Origin: an uncultured Verrucomicrobiae bacterium
GTDB lineage: Bacteria; Verrucomicrobiota; Verrucomicrobiia; Limisphaerales; AAA164-E04
Assembly (NCBI GenBank): GCA_951813855.1
Contig: OX638380.1
Location: forward strand, 386,876 to 450,875
DNA: 64,000 nucleotides
Direction: 5' to 3'
Shown here: positions 10,336 through 20,281 of the stretch, piece after piece
Numbering within the stretch: the stretch's first letter is position 1
Layout: each line of letters opens with the position of its first letter
Made by a program: the position numbers and the translations under genes
The notes under the pieces: generated by a model
The model's input: only the letters and a program-made list of their open reading frames with translations
What the model was told of the DNA's origin: nothing
The model's database searches: none

Positions 10336-12123
10336 ATGGACGCCAAAATCAACCTCAAGCTGGTGACTGTTCGATTAGTGAAGAGCAGTGAGCGAAGACG
10401 CTGGGATTCGCTGATGGATCAGAACCATCGCTTGGGTTTCAAAGGCTTTGCCGGACGCGGGCTGCGTTATGTTGCCGAGTACCGAGGCCGGTGGTTGGCG
10501 TTAGCCGGCTGGCAAAGCGGAGTGTTCAAGTGTCGCCCGCGAGACAAGTGGCTCGGATGGAAAAAACGAGAGCAGTTTCGTCGGCTGCATTTGATTGCCA
10601 ACAATACCCGATTCCTCCTGCTTACCGAGCGGGGCGAAGTGCGCAATCTGGGGAGCTGCGTCATGGCCAAAATGCTGCGCCGGCTGAGTGCCGATTGGCA
10701 ACGGACCTGGGGTCATCCGCTGGAATTGGCCGAAACTTTCGTCGATCCCCGACACTTCGCGGGCACGATCTATCGCGCGGGGAATTGGCGGGCGGCAGGG
10801 CAATCGCAAGGCTACGCTCGCAGCAACGGACGCTATACCGCCCGGCACAATATCAAGAAGGAAAGGTACGTTTATCCCTTGCGGCCCCAAGCCGGTTCCC
10901 GATTAAGGAAGCGTCAGGACGATCCGTCTTGGGGCCCCCAGGTGCAGCGGGTAGAAACGTCTCCGAAACAGTTGAAATCATTGGTGCAACTGCTAGCGGA
11001 AATGGCTGATTTTCGCCGGGCACAAGGACGCAAACATCGGCTGGAAATGGTCCTCGCTAGCTGCATCTTAGCTCGATTGGCCGGCAAGGTCGGCCCCTTG
11101 GCGACTTCGCGTTACGCCCAAAAAATGACGCCAAATCAATTGCAGACTCTCGGGGCGTGGCGCCACGCCAAGGGCCGTTGCGTGGCCCCGTCTCTCGCGA
11201 CGATTCACCGGGTCATGACCGAGACGGATCCGGAAGCGTTGCCAACGGTAACTCACCGCTGGGTAACGGCCCAATTGACTCGACAACCCCTGGAAGCCTT
11301 GGCTGCCGACGGGAAGCGGATCAACGGAGCTAATCGCAACAGCAAAGACCATTTCGAGACCGTCATCCTCGTGCGCCATCAAGATGCGGTGCCCCTCGCC
11401 GTTCGCATTTGCCGAGACCAAGGCGGCGAACAGGCGGCGATGGCGGCTCTCTTGGAGGATGTCGATATCCGGGGAGCCATCATTACGATCGATGCGCTCC
11501 ATACTAACCGAGTCATGGCCGATGCCATCGTGTTGGTTAACGGAGCCCATTTTCTCTTCACGGTCAAAGAGAACAACCCCGAACTCTCTCAATTTTTGAC
11601 CAGCCTGGATTGGGATCGAGTGGCCCAGGACCGGTTCACCGAAAACCCGGAGAAAGGACATGGCCGCATCGATCAACGGAGCATTCAAACCTATGAACCC
11701 CTTCCCGGAGCCGTCAAATTACCGCATGTCCTCCAAGTCTTTCGGATCCTTCGACACCGCCATCATTTAAACGGTGGGCCCGAGACCGTGGAATATGCTT
11801 ACGGCGTCACTTCGTTGCCTCCGGAAGCTGCCGACGCTCAACGATTGTTGTCACTCAATCGGGGACATTGGACGGTAGAAAACGGCAATCACCGCCGTCG
11901 CGACGGGATTTTCGGCGAAGATGATTGTCTCATGCGAACTCGCCATGGGCCGACAAACAATGCCCTCTTCAACAACCTGGCCTTGGCGATCATTCTCCAG
12001 TCGGGATACTCTAATATGGCCGAAGCTACTGACGATTTTCAGACGAATCGGAACCAAGGGTTGCGAGCCGTCACGAAAACCACCCCGTTTAAACGTCCGA
12101 AAAAACGTCCGAAAAAAAACTGA
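10336..12123 (+). CDS. ISAs1-family DDE transposase with a DUF4338-like N-terminal module
   Basis: C-terminal two thirds: DFRRAQGRKHRLEMVLASCILARLAG (DDE_Tnp_1-associated), ADGKRINGA..., ITIDALHTNRVMADAIV..GAHFLFTVKENNPEL, NRGHWTVENGNHRRRDGIFGEDDC (ISAs1/H-repeat signature). N-terminal about 190 aa: WDSLMDQNHRLGF..GRGLRYVAEY..RDKWLGW..NNTRFLLL..ETFVDPRHFAGTIYRAGNW, a DUF4338-type pattern. IS ends were not located. Confidence 0.8.
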   Translation: MDAKINLKLVTVRLVKSSERRRWDSLMDQNHRLGFKGFAGRGLRYVAEYRGRWLALAGWQSGVFKCRPRDKWLGWKKREQFRRLHLIANNTRFLLLTERGEVRNLGSCVMAKMLRRLSADWQRTWGHPLELAETFVDPRHFAGTIYRAGNWRAAGQSQGYARSNGRYTARHNIKKERYVYPLRPQAGSRLRKRQDDPSWGPQVQRVETSPKQLKSLVQLLAEMADFRRAQGRKHRLEMVLASCILARLAGKVGPLATSRYAQKMTPNQLQTLGAWRHAKGRCVAPSLATIHRVMTETDPEALPTVTHRWVTAQLTRQPLEALAADGKRINGANRNSKDHFETVILVRHQDAVPLAVRICRDQGGEQAAMAALLEDVDIRGAIITIDALHTNRVMADAIVLVNGAHFLFTVKENNPELSQFLTSLDWDRVAQDRFTENPEKGHGRIDQRSIQTYEPLPGAVKLPHVLQVFRILRHRHHLNGGPETVEYAYGVTSLPPEAADAQRLLSLNRGHWTVENGNHRRRDGIFGEDDCLMRTRHGPTNNALFNNLALAIILQSGYSNMAEATDDFQTNRNQGLRAVTKTTPFKRPKKRPKKN

Positions 12124-12346
12124 CCCGACCTTCCTGATTACCGACGCTTCCTCCCTGCTGATTCGGTCGGCGAATTGATCGTTCGACCGATACTCGCACC
12201 GGTTCAGTCTCCTGTCCGGCTGAAACTCGTCTCAATCGGCAATCGCCGCCTAACTCGAAGCATAATTCGGAAAAACAGTTTTTCCGACGAATCGAAATAC
12301 TCCGCTCGACACTTAAAAAAACGATCGTCGATCAAAAATTATTAGC

Positions 12347-12976
12347 ATGAAAAAGTCCTGCCCGGTTCTGCTCGACACCGGCCCAGCGGCCAGGCAGTAT
12401 CGAGCCATGGCCCAGACCCCATCCACCATGATCGCGCTGGGAACGCCCGCGCCCGATTTCGCCTTGCCCGACACCGAAGGCCGAGAAGTGACCCGCGACC
12501 AGTTTCGAGGCCAGAAAGGCCTGCTGGCAATGTTCATCTGCAATCACTGTCCGTTCGTCATTCATCTCCGCAGCGGTTTGGTCGAAATGGGTCGAACTTA
12601 TATTCCCCGAGGCATTGCCGTATTAGCCGTCAGCAGCAACAACGTCGAAACGCATCCGGACGACAGTCCGCAAAAAATGAAAGAAGACGCGGAAAGGTTC
12701 GATTACCCCTTCCCCTACCTTTACGACGAAGACCAGTCGGTGGCTCGAGCTTACCGTGCCGCCTGCACTCCGGATTTCTTTTTGTTCGACGAAAACCGGC
12801 GACTGGTATACCGCGGTCAATTCGACGACGCTCGGCCGGGCAATCAACACCCCGTTACGGGAAAGGATTTGAAAGCGGCCATGGACGCGCTCTTGGCGAA
12901 CCAACCGGTCGCCCCCGAGCAAAAGCCCTCGATCGGCTGCAATATCAAATGGAAACCCGGCAACGAACCGAACTAG
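12347..12976 (+). CDS. thioredoxin-fold protein (AhpC/TSA-redoxin family)
   Basis: GTPAPDFALPDTEGREV..., FICNHCPFV, SSNNVETHPDDSP...YPFPYLYDEDQSVARAY. The true start may be the internal Met (MAQTPS) at 12407. Confidence 0.75.
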   Translation: MKKSCPVLLDTGPAARQYRAMAQTPSTMIALGTPAPDFALPDTEGREVTRDQFRGQKGLLAMFICNHCPFVIHLRSGLVEMGRTYIPRGIAVLAVSSNNVETHPDDSPQKMKEDAERFDYPFPYLYDEDQSVARAYRAACTPDFFLFDENRRLVYRGQFDDARPGNQHPVTGKDLKAAMDALLANQPVAPEQKPSIGCNIKWKPGNEPN

Positions 12977-13552
12977 CCGGGCCGCCGGGGCGAAAGTCGA
13001 TCCGATTCGAACCGGTCGGGTTTTTGCCGGCTTTCGCGCTCCGGTGACGGAAAAGGCGACATTACCGTCCTGAAATGTCGGATCGCTCGGAGAAATGGTT
13101 TGCCGAGGTTCCCGATCGGATGAGACTGGGAAGCCTTGATCGGGCCGGTCGATTTCACGATGCGGCGATTGTCAAGGGTCGAACGAGATACCGATCAACG
13201 CCCTGATTCAAGCCGGAGAGATTCGCCTCGAGGCAAATACGGAAGCTGCAGGGCCGCCCCGGTCCCGACCGAAGACTACCCGGAACTCATCGGGGAAGTG
13301 TCCGGCGATCGATCGGCGGAAGACGCCGCCGGGAAACCGACGGTAAGCCGACATTTTTGCCTCCGAGCCTGCCCCCCCATGCGGCTTTACTGGGCGTAGA
13401 AAGCGTTCGCAAATGCCTCTGGCGTTCCCCGCCCGAAAAAACAACAAAATCCGCATCACCGCCGCCGTTCAGCGATATTTTGCCGATAGCGAACGGACTA
13501 CAGGACGGAGACGGAATGATTCAAGCCCCGACTCAGGATCTTCCGACCTGAT

Positions 13553-14115
13553 CTATCCGGGACCGGGTAAAGCGAACCCTGAAACCGGAAAATCACACGA
13601 GTGGAACCGGCAATCCGGCCGCTCAAGGAGACTGCCGGTGCAGAACCCGATCTCGTTCCTCAGCTCGGGATCATATCCCGGAGGCTCCTGCCGCTCCAAT
13701 TCCTGAAATGCCCGAGCGATCAGTTTCGCCTCACGACGGCACAGCTTCTTGACCATGGTAAAGGACAGGTCGATATTCAAAACCACCCGAGCTATGTCTG
13801 TGCGTTGCCGCTCGGATAGGCATTGCACGACGCCCAAATAGATTACTTTCCCGGTCAATTTCGGGCCGGGTTGGCTCAGCCCGTCAACTTCCATCGGAAA
13901 GGAATCTTTAACCCGTTCGCCGCATTTCGCACAAGAGCAACTATGGGCTCGATTCTCCGGATATTCCTGTCGGATACGCGTTTCGGCTTCGTCCCAAACT
14001 TGCCGTATCTCGAAGTCGATTCCCCTTCGGAATCAAACTCAATAAGCTCACCACAGTAAAGGCAGACGGTCGGAAACAGATCTTCGTGACGGTCCGGACG
14101 CGAACTTAGTTCCAA
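13553..14115 (-). pseudogene. frameshifted small Zn-ribbon / HTH-like protein gene (unknown family)
   Basis: Frame A gives MELSSRPDRHEDLFPTVCLYCGELIEFDSEG. After a 1-nt shift at the C/G run near 14015-14030, frame B gives IDFEIRQVWDEAETRIRQEYPENRAHSCSCAKCGERVKDSFPMEVDG...VVQCLSERQRTDIARVVLNIDLSFTMVKKLCRREAKLIARAFQ. Both segments look coding, but neither frame is open throughout. Confidence 0.4.
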
Positions 14116-14154
14116 TGGTCGGGGTTGGAGTGTCCGAACAGACCCCCAAACGGA

Positions 14155-14620
14155 TTATTCTTGTATTTGCGCTCGGGTTTGCTGCCGGGCATGGCGTTCT
14201 TCGGCTTCAATCCATCCGATGCAGGGGGTTCGCGACTCAACCTCCTCGATGATCATCCTTAATCCGTCGAACAGCTCATTTTTTTCCTCCCATGGTTCCC
14301 GGAACGTTTTCTTCCCCCTTGATTCGTGGCGTGGAACCGTTCGGAGGTTTTCGATTCGAAACAGAAAGTCGCAATACCGTTCGAGACAGTTGTCGCGGTG
14401 AAGAGATCCTCCGATCGGGATGGTTCCGCCTCCCATTCGTTGATCCGCTCCTCCCGCCGCGGGACGCGAAAATCAATTTCCCGATCCCGACGGCAAAAAT
14501 CCTGATTCTGCAGGCGCAACTCCTTGAAATTCGAGGTTGGCGGGGAGCCGACAACGAAAAAGAGCTCGATCCCCCAAGACTGTTTCGACCGAGAATGGCT
14601 GGCGGCCGACTCGGCTCGAT
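14155..14620 (-). pseudogene. frameshifted ORF of unknown function upstream of the Zn-ribbon/HTH pseudogene
   Basis: Coding-looking segments lie in two frames: ...WGIELFFVVGSPPTSNFKELRLQNQDFCRRDREIDFRVPRREERINEWEAEP and ...HRDNCLERYCDFLFRIENLRTVPRHESRGKKTFREPWEEKNELFDGLRMIIEEVESRTPCIGWIEAEERHARQ. There is no ATG at the start of the first frame and a stop lies just upstream. Confidence 0.3.
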
Positions 14621-14958
14621 ATCAAGCTGCGCCCGCTACGGCGCACGGTCGCATAATTCGAACGCTATTGCCAAGCCAACGCGAAAATCCCTGCAGCGTC
14701 AATTGCGAAACCGGTAACAACCCGGAATTGAAATTCCGCCCCGGCAAACTCACGCTTGGAGAATCGCTCGAAACCACTCACCTCCGATCACCCGAAACGA
14801 GAATCATCAGCCGAAGTAGTCCATGTCGAATCCCGGGGCAGGGACCGTGAGGCTTCGGACCCGCCGGCGGTTAGCCCTTCGGCTTCGAGGCGCCGCTGCG
14901 ACTCCCCATCCGGATTCGACGATTGACCGGTCCAAGATTATCTGACTAACTCTCCATT

Positions 14959-15672
14959 ATGACTAACTTAAGGATCATAGGACTGACGCTCGTCTGGTTC
15001 GCTTTCTGCTCCCCTCGCCCCCTGGCCGAACATTTCGAACAACCTCATATCTCCGTCTTCGGCGCCGCCACCACCGAAGTCGAACCCGACGTCATCAATT
15101 GGCGAATCAGCGTCACGACGAAAGCTCCGAGCACGGAAAAAGTGGGCGCTCTACACGAACAGAACGTGGCCGCTGCGTTGCAACAGCTACTGGAACAAAA
15201 CGTCGAAAAGAAATACCTCCAGACCTCTCAGATGACTCTCAACGTAAATTGGGAACGTCAACCCGTTCGCCACCGGGCGGGCTTTATCGCCACGACAAGC
15301 ATTTCCTTCAAAAGTTCCATCGCTCCGGAAGTTCATCGGAACCTCTGGAATACGCTCAGTTCCCTAAAGGCCGTTTCCATTAACGGAGTCCATTTCGATA
15401 TCAGCGATCGTGAGAAAGTCGAGCAGAACACTCAGGTCAAAGCCCTCAAAAACGCTCGGGCCAAAGCGGATCTATTGGCCATAACGCTCGATAACCATAT
15501 CGGGAAAGTTTTATTGATTCAGGAAGAGGGTTTCCCTCAACCTGCTCCTCGTGCCTACGCCCGAACGATGGCTATGGATACAGAAAGCGCTACGTCGATA
15601 TCGCCCGGAACGATTACCGTCACCAAGCGCATCAAGGTTGTTTTCACACTGCTTTTTTTCCGCAATCGTTGA
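14959..15672 (+). CDS. SIMPL-domain (DUF541, BP26/OMP28-like) secreted protein
   Basis: Signal peptide, then ISVFGAATTEVEPDVINWRISV...ENVQVKALKNARAKADLLA...ISPGTITVTKRIKVVF, the typical SIMPL layout. Confidence 0.75.
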   Translation: MTNLRIIGLTLVWFAFCSPRPLAEHFEQPHISVFGAATTEVEPDVINWRISVTTKAPSTEKVGALHEQNVAAALQQLLEQNVEKKYLQTSQMTLNVNWERQPVRHRAGFIATTSISFKSSIAPEVHRNLWNTLSSLKAVSINGVHFDISDREKVEQNTQVKALKNARAKADLLAITLDNHIGKVLLIQEEGFPQPAPRAYARTMAMDTESATSISPGTITVTKRIKVVFTLLFFRNR

Positions 15673-15784
15673 ACCGGTCGAATCCAGAACCGCCACGAAG
15701 CGGCTTTAAGCTCGCCGGCCTGGCCGACGGGCTGTCTTCCTCGAGTCCGGACGGTTCCCGGCGTTCCTCGGAACCCGAGCCGGT

Positions 15785-17065
15785 TCAGCGGATGCAGTAC
15801 AGCGTTTTATCGGACCGCAGCAGCAAACTGCCTTGGGAAACGGCCATCGAAGCCTGAAAGTAACCGGGCAGTTTATTGCGCGACAGCACTTCGAATTCGG
15901 CTCCAGGCTGGATGACTGCCGATTCGCCTTCCTGAGACATGAAATAAATCCGGCCGTCGGCGTATACGGGCGAAGCGCAATGCTGACCTCCGATCCGCTC
16001 TTGCCAAACCAGTTCGCCGGTTTGCCCCCGGTAACAGGTGACCACTCCCCCGTTCGTAACGGCATAGAGGTATGGGCTGAGGTAAAGCAAAGACGATTCG
16101 GAGGGCACTCCCTTGCGCTGCTCCCAGGCGATATGGGTCTTGGTAACGTCACCTTCGCCGTGCAAACGAACGGTCCGAACGGTCGATTTTTCGAATCCCG
16201 AAGCCGTAAAGACCAATCCGTCGCCGATCGCGAAACTCGGCGTTACCCCCTCGCCCTGGCTGTAGACCGTCCAGACCAGTTTCCCGTTCTGCGGATCGAA
16301 ACCCTGGATCACGTCGCCCGCGGCGCTGACGATTTGTTGACCGCCGTCCGGCAAGTCGACGACATTGGGGGTGACGTGAGCGATCCGCGACTGGCCCCGC
16401 CGAGCCTTCCAGACCGTCTTCCCGGTGCGAATATCGACCGCCAGCACCACCGCCTGGTCCCAGGGGATCTGCCAACCGATTCGTTCCTCCCGGCTGTTTT
16501 TCGGCCACTCGCCGGCTTTGTCGACCGCATTGCTTCCGTCATAGGGCATGACCAGCAAATTCCCCACGATCAACGGCGAAGCGCCGAGCCCGTGCCGACT
16601 GTAAAACTCGACTTCGTCGTTGAGCCATCTCCGTTTCCCGTCCCAATCCACCGCGACGATATTGCCGTTGCCGAACACCGCATAAACTCCTGCGGCGCCG
16701 AGTGCCGGAGTCGGCGTCGCATAGGAATTCTTCCGCTCTTTTCGCTTGGGAACCTGCCGTAGCGCCTCAACGTTCCAGAGAATGTTCCCCGACTCCAGGT
16801 CCAAGCAGACGATCCGGCAGGAACGGCCGTTTTCGGTAGTCGCGGTGACGACCACCCGATATTGCCAAACCACCGGAGACGACCAACCGACTCCCGGAAT
16901 GTCGGTTTTCCAAGCCACTCCCTCGTCCGGCGACCAACGCCAAGGAAGGTTTTTTTCGTTCGAGTGTCCCTGCCCGCCCGGACCCCGGAATCGCGGCCAG
17001 TCATCGCCGTCGCTCGTCAACGGCAAAACCAAAATCAAACAGCAGAGGCGTAAGGTCGTGATCAT
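15785..17065 (-). CDS. secreted PQQ-like beta-propeller repeat protein
   Basis: Signal peptide plus DDWPRFRGPGGQGHS...VAWKTDIPGVGWSSPVV and repeated propeller blades. Paralog of 46214..47497. Confidence 0.75.
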   Translation of the reverse strand: MITTLRLCCLILVLPLTSDGDDWPRFRGPGGQGHSNEKNLPWRWSPDEGVAWKTDIPGVGWSSPVVWQYRVVVTATTENGRSCRIVCLDLESGNILWNVEALRQVPKRKERKNSYATPTPALGAAGVYAVFGNGNIVAVDWDGKRRWLNDEVEFYSRHGLGASPLIVGNLLVMPYDGSNAVDKAGEWPKNSREERIGWQIPWDQAVVLAVDIRTGKTVWKARRGQSRIAHVTPNVVDLPDGGQQIVSAAGDVIQGFDPQNGKLVWTVYSQGEGVTPSFAIGDGLVFTASGFEKSTVRTVRLHGEGDVTKTHIAWEQRKGVPSESSLLYLSPYLYAVTNGGVVTCYRGQTGELVWQERIGGQHCASPVYADGRIYFMSQEGESAVIQPGAEFEVLSRNKLPGYFQASMAVSQGSLLLRSDKTLYCIR

Positions 17066-17108
17066 CGGATGCTTCGGTCAGTAAAACAACAAGCGCCGGT
17101 TATGTCGA

Positions 17109-20100
17109 TTACGGAACGGTTTCACCGTCGCTTTCGACGGCACGGAGCGTTTTGCGCAAGGCGATCTGCAAACCCGGGTAAAATCCGGCAGCTGCCAAAT
17201 GACCGCCCTGAATGACTTGCCGGCCTAAGGTTCGGGCCGCTTCCAGTTCGTCTCGAGCCAAGTACAACTCGAGCAACCGCGCCAAGGCGCGCTGCGGGGC
17301 GGTCTCGTCCAAATCGAACCGGATCGGACCATGCTCGATACCCGGCCGAAAAGCCCACTCCGTCAACTCGACGAAGCGGTCATCCTCTCCCCGATCCCAC
17401 GCCAACTCGGCCAGCAGCAGGTAATAGACCGGCCGGAAATCCGGATCCCGGTCGAGCGCCTCCCGCAAGGTCCGTACCAATTCCTCGGCTGGGGGCACAT
17501 GCAACAGGGATCGAAGATGGCGGTATTCCCACAATAAACATTTCAGGTAACGGCGCAGCAAGGCGGGCTCGGTTTCGGCCGACCGCATTATCAAGTCCCG
17601 CCGCCGGGAAAGAAAGGCCGCCTCGGCCTCCCACGCCGTGCGATACTCGGCCAATTGCGCCGAAAGGTTCACCGCCCGAACGTCCTCGGGAAACCGCTCC
17701 AACCATCCGGCGAGGACGCTGCGAAAAAACGGCGGTCTCACGGTACCGTGCGTCAGGAACGACGTTTCCAGAGCTTCGTAATCGGCTCGGTTCAATTCCC
17801 GCTGTTCCAGATAACGGCCCAGCAAGGTCGCAGAACGGGCCCGGTAAAGTTCGTTGATCGTCAACGGTTGCTCGCCCTCCGTCCGGACGAATCGGCCTCG
17901 TTGCGCGAGATATTCCAGGCGAGGCAGCAGATCGAGGTGCAAGCTCAAATGATCGGGCGAAAGATAAAAACCGTTGGCGGGAGATACCAATTCCGCCATC
18001 AAGAACGCGACAAACCCGTTCACCTGAACTTCGGCGAAATGTTCCCTGACCGAAGGTTGTCGAAAGCTCGCTTCCATCGCCTCCCAATCCGTCGCAGGTT
18101 CCTGGGTAAATCCGACCAGTATCAAATCCGATTCCCGGCCTCGCCACACACTCATTTCCGGAAAGACGGCGGCGAAAGTCGCCAACACCGTTTCGAGCCC
18201 TTCCCGATCGGTATCGCGCAACGAGACCCGTTGCACGACCAATCCTCCGTCCTTCAGCAACCTCCGGCAGCCTTGAAAATGTTCCTTGGTGAACAGTCCC
18301 GCTATGGCGGCCCGGCGAAAATCCGTCAACGTACCGATAACGATATCGTAGCGTCGCTCCGTATGCTGAACGTAGGTTTTTCCGTCGCCTACTCGCAATT
18401 GCAACCGCTGATCCTCGAGCGGGTTTCCCTGAGCCGACGTGAGATACCAAGCGGCTTCCACTACGGCTGCCGACGGTTCGACGACGTCCAGACGTTCGAC
18501 CGAACCATGCCGGAGCACGGCGTCGCAGGCCGCTCCGCTGCCCAACCCCAATTGCAAGATTTCCCCGGCTTCCGGATGGAGGATAAGCGGCAGGTGGCCG
18601 CTCATGATTTGCGGCAGCAAGTCCCGGGCCGTCGTGGACTCGACCCGGCCGTTGACCCGCAAACTCAACAACTGATTGTCGGCGTCGTAGGCCCGAACGG
18701 ACACGGTGCTATCGATACCGTCGCGATGATGGAGCACGCGGCTTTGCCCGGCCCATTGCCGGGCCAGAGCGATACTCGCCGGCGGCGAAGCCTCACGCCA
18801 GATAGCCCGGACCACGATCCCTTGCCAATCCGAATTCGCCCGCGCCCCGACGAACGAAACAATCCCGATGAGCCAAAAAGGCAGCCCGATCCAAAATAAA
18901 CGCCGCCATTTATCCTGACCGATCGCCCACGAGCCAACCCCGACGGCTCCCAATACGGCGGCTCCCAATCCGATCGACCGCGGCGCTCCCAAGGACGGCA
19001 ACACCATCGGCGTCAGCAACACCAATCCGACGGCCGCTCCCCCCGCTTTCGCGGCGATCACCCGCCCGACTCCTTGCCCCGTACCGCCCGAACCGTCCGC
19101 CGCCAAACGCATGGCCGTCGGCAACATGCCGCCCACCGCCGCCATCGGCCAAAAAGTAACGGCGAACACTGCCGCGGCCTGAAGCAACAAATAAAAACGG
19201 TACGCTTCCGGCACCGGCCGCACCAGATCCGACAACCGGACGAACCAATGAGGGAGCTGCCCTAAGAATGCGCTGGACACTAACAGGGTCAGCGAAGCTA
19301 GCGCCAGCAACCAGGCCAATCGACGCGTCGAATCTTCCGGGCGCCACCCCGCCCCGGCGAGAGCGCCGGCCGCCAAACTCCCCAGCGCTACCGACAACGT
19401 AATGACCCAGACGTGCGAACCGGTACCCAACGACAAAGCGAACAGCCGGAACCATCCGACGAACACTATCGCCAAGCCCATCCCGGCAAGGGCCAACAAC
19501 CAAAACAACGGCGACCGGAACCAAAATCCGGACCGGTTCGCTACGCGATTCGACGGGCGATTGTCCTGCCAGCCTAAATACCCGCTCATGCCCAAGGCGA
19601 CAGCTCCCGCCAACAGATACAAACCGGCAGCCAGCAAGACCGCCATCGGCAACCCGCCGAACGGAATGACCGCAAAGGCAGCCAATCCCAGGCCCAGAAC
19701 CAACCCGGCGACGGTGACTCCTATGACCACGGCAGAACGACGCGGGATCTCGTCCGGCCGGCGGACCACTCCCGATAACAGGATCGGCATGGCGCCTCCG
19801 GCCAAAATGCCGGGGACGAATACCGCCGACAAAACCAACGACAATCCGAAAACCGAAAACGACGAACCGGTGAACCCGCTGGCAGGATCCGACCAAGTCC
19901 AATCGGATACGACCTTGAACAGAATCGCGTAAAAGCCCGTCGCCAACGCCAAGCAGCCGAACAGGGTCAAAGGGCGCCCGGCTCGGTCGGCTCCCTTGCC
20001 GATCCAGGCGTGGCCCAAGGCCAAACACCCGAGCATCATCGCCGGCACGATGATCGACGACATTCCCTCGTGCCCCAAAAACAGCAGCAGATAACGAACC

Positions 20101-20267
20101 CAAGCCGAAAGTCCGAGAGCCGTAGCCGTTCCGAATAACGCCAAGCAAACGCAAACCGTAGCCCAAGTCGCGTAAGGCTTGAAATTAGGTGATGTCGACA
20201 CCTCTCTCATCGAACGAGCTAAACACCCGATCCGCCCGGTATAACGCCGCGAAGACGGCGCCGGCAA
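17109..20267 (-). CDS. fused polytopic membrane domain / spermidine-synthase-like methyltransferase-fold / C-terminal helical-repeat protein
   Basis: 1052 aa. The N-terminal about 480 aa is highly hydrophobic (MFS-like). The middle has ILQLGLGSGAACDAVLRHGSVERLDVVEPSAAVVEAA...YDIVIG, a spermidine-synthase/SAM-MTase-type GxGxG. The C-terminus is helical and TPR-like. Confidence 0.65.
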   Translation of the reverse strand: MPAPSSRRYTGRIGCLARSMREVSTSPNFKPYATWATVCVCLALFGTATALGLSAWVRYLLLFLGHEGMSSIIVPAMMLGCLALGHAWIGKGADRAGRPLTLFGCLALATGFYAILFKVVSDWTWSDPASGFTGSSFSVFGLSLVLSAVFVPGILAGGAMPILLSGVVRRPDEIPRRSAVVIGVTVAGLVLGLGLAAFAVIPFGGLPMAVLLAAGLYLLAGAVALGMSGYLGWQDNRPSNRVANRSGFWFRSPLFWLLALAGMGLAIVFVGWFRLFALSLGTGSHVWVITLSVALGSLAAGALAGAGWRPEDSTRRLAWLLALASLTLLVSSAFLGQLPHWFVRLSDLVRPVPEAYRFYLLLQAAAVFAVTFWPMAAVGGMLPTAMRLAADGSGGTGQGVGRVIAAKAGGAAVGLVLLTPMVLPSLGAPRSIGLGAAVLGAVGVGSWAIGQDKWRRLFWIGLPFWLIGIVSFVGARANSDWQGIVVRAIWREASPPASIALARQWAGQSRVLHHRDGIDSTVSVRAYDADNQLLSLRVNGRVESTTARDLLPQIMSGHLPLILHPEAGEILQLGLGSGAACDAVLRHGSVERLDVVEPSAAVVEAAWYLTSAQGNPLEDQRLQLRVGDGKTYVQHTERRYDIVIGTLTDFRRAAIAGLFTKEHFQGCRRLLKDGGLVVQRVSLRDTDREGLETVLATFAAVFPEMSVWRGRESDLILVGFTQEPATDWEAMEASFRQPSVREHFAEVQVNGFVAFLMAELVSPANGFYLSPDHLSLHLDLLPRLEYLAQRGRFVRTEGEQPLTINELYRARSATLLGRYLEQRELNRADYEALETSFLTHGTVRPPFFRSVLAGWLERFPEDVRAVNLSAQLAEYRTAWEAEAAFLSRRRDLIMRSAETEPALLRRYLKCLLWEYRHLRSLLHVPPAEELVRTLREALDRDPDFRPVYYLLLAELAWDRGEDDRFVELTEWAFRPGIEHGPIRFDLDETAPQRALARLLELYLARDELEAARTLGRQVIQGGHLAAAGFYPGLQIALRKTLRAVESDGETVP

Positions 20268-20281
20268 CTAACGGCAATAGA

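Noticed and set aside
12267-12287. Perfect 9-bp-stem hairpin TCGGAAAAA-CAG-TTTTTCCGA between the ISAs1-type transposase and the thioredoxin-fold gene
   Set aside because: The stem is AT-rich with no following T-run, so it is not a convincing intrinsic terminator. It could not be tied to an IS end because no matching inverted repeat was found upstream of 10336.
17380-20166. Several long ORFs (17380..18450 -, 17655..18899 +, 18910..20166 -, 19402..19932 +) inside the 1052-aa gene
   Set aside because: All are Arg/Gly/Pro-rich alternative frames of a GC-rich gene. Only the 17109..20267 frame shows TM segments and a methyltransferase fold.
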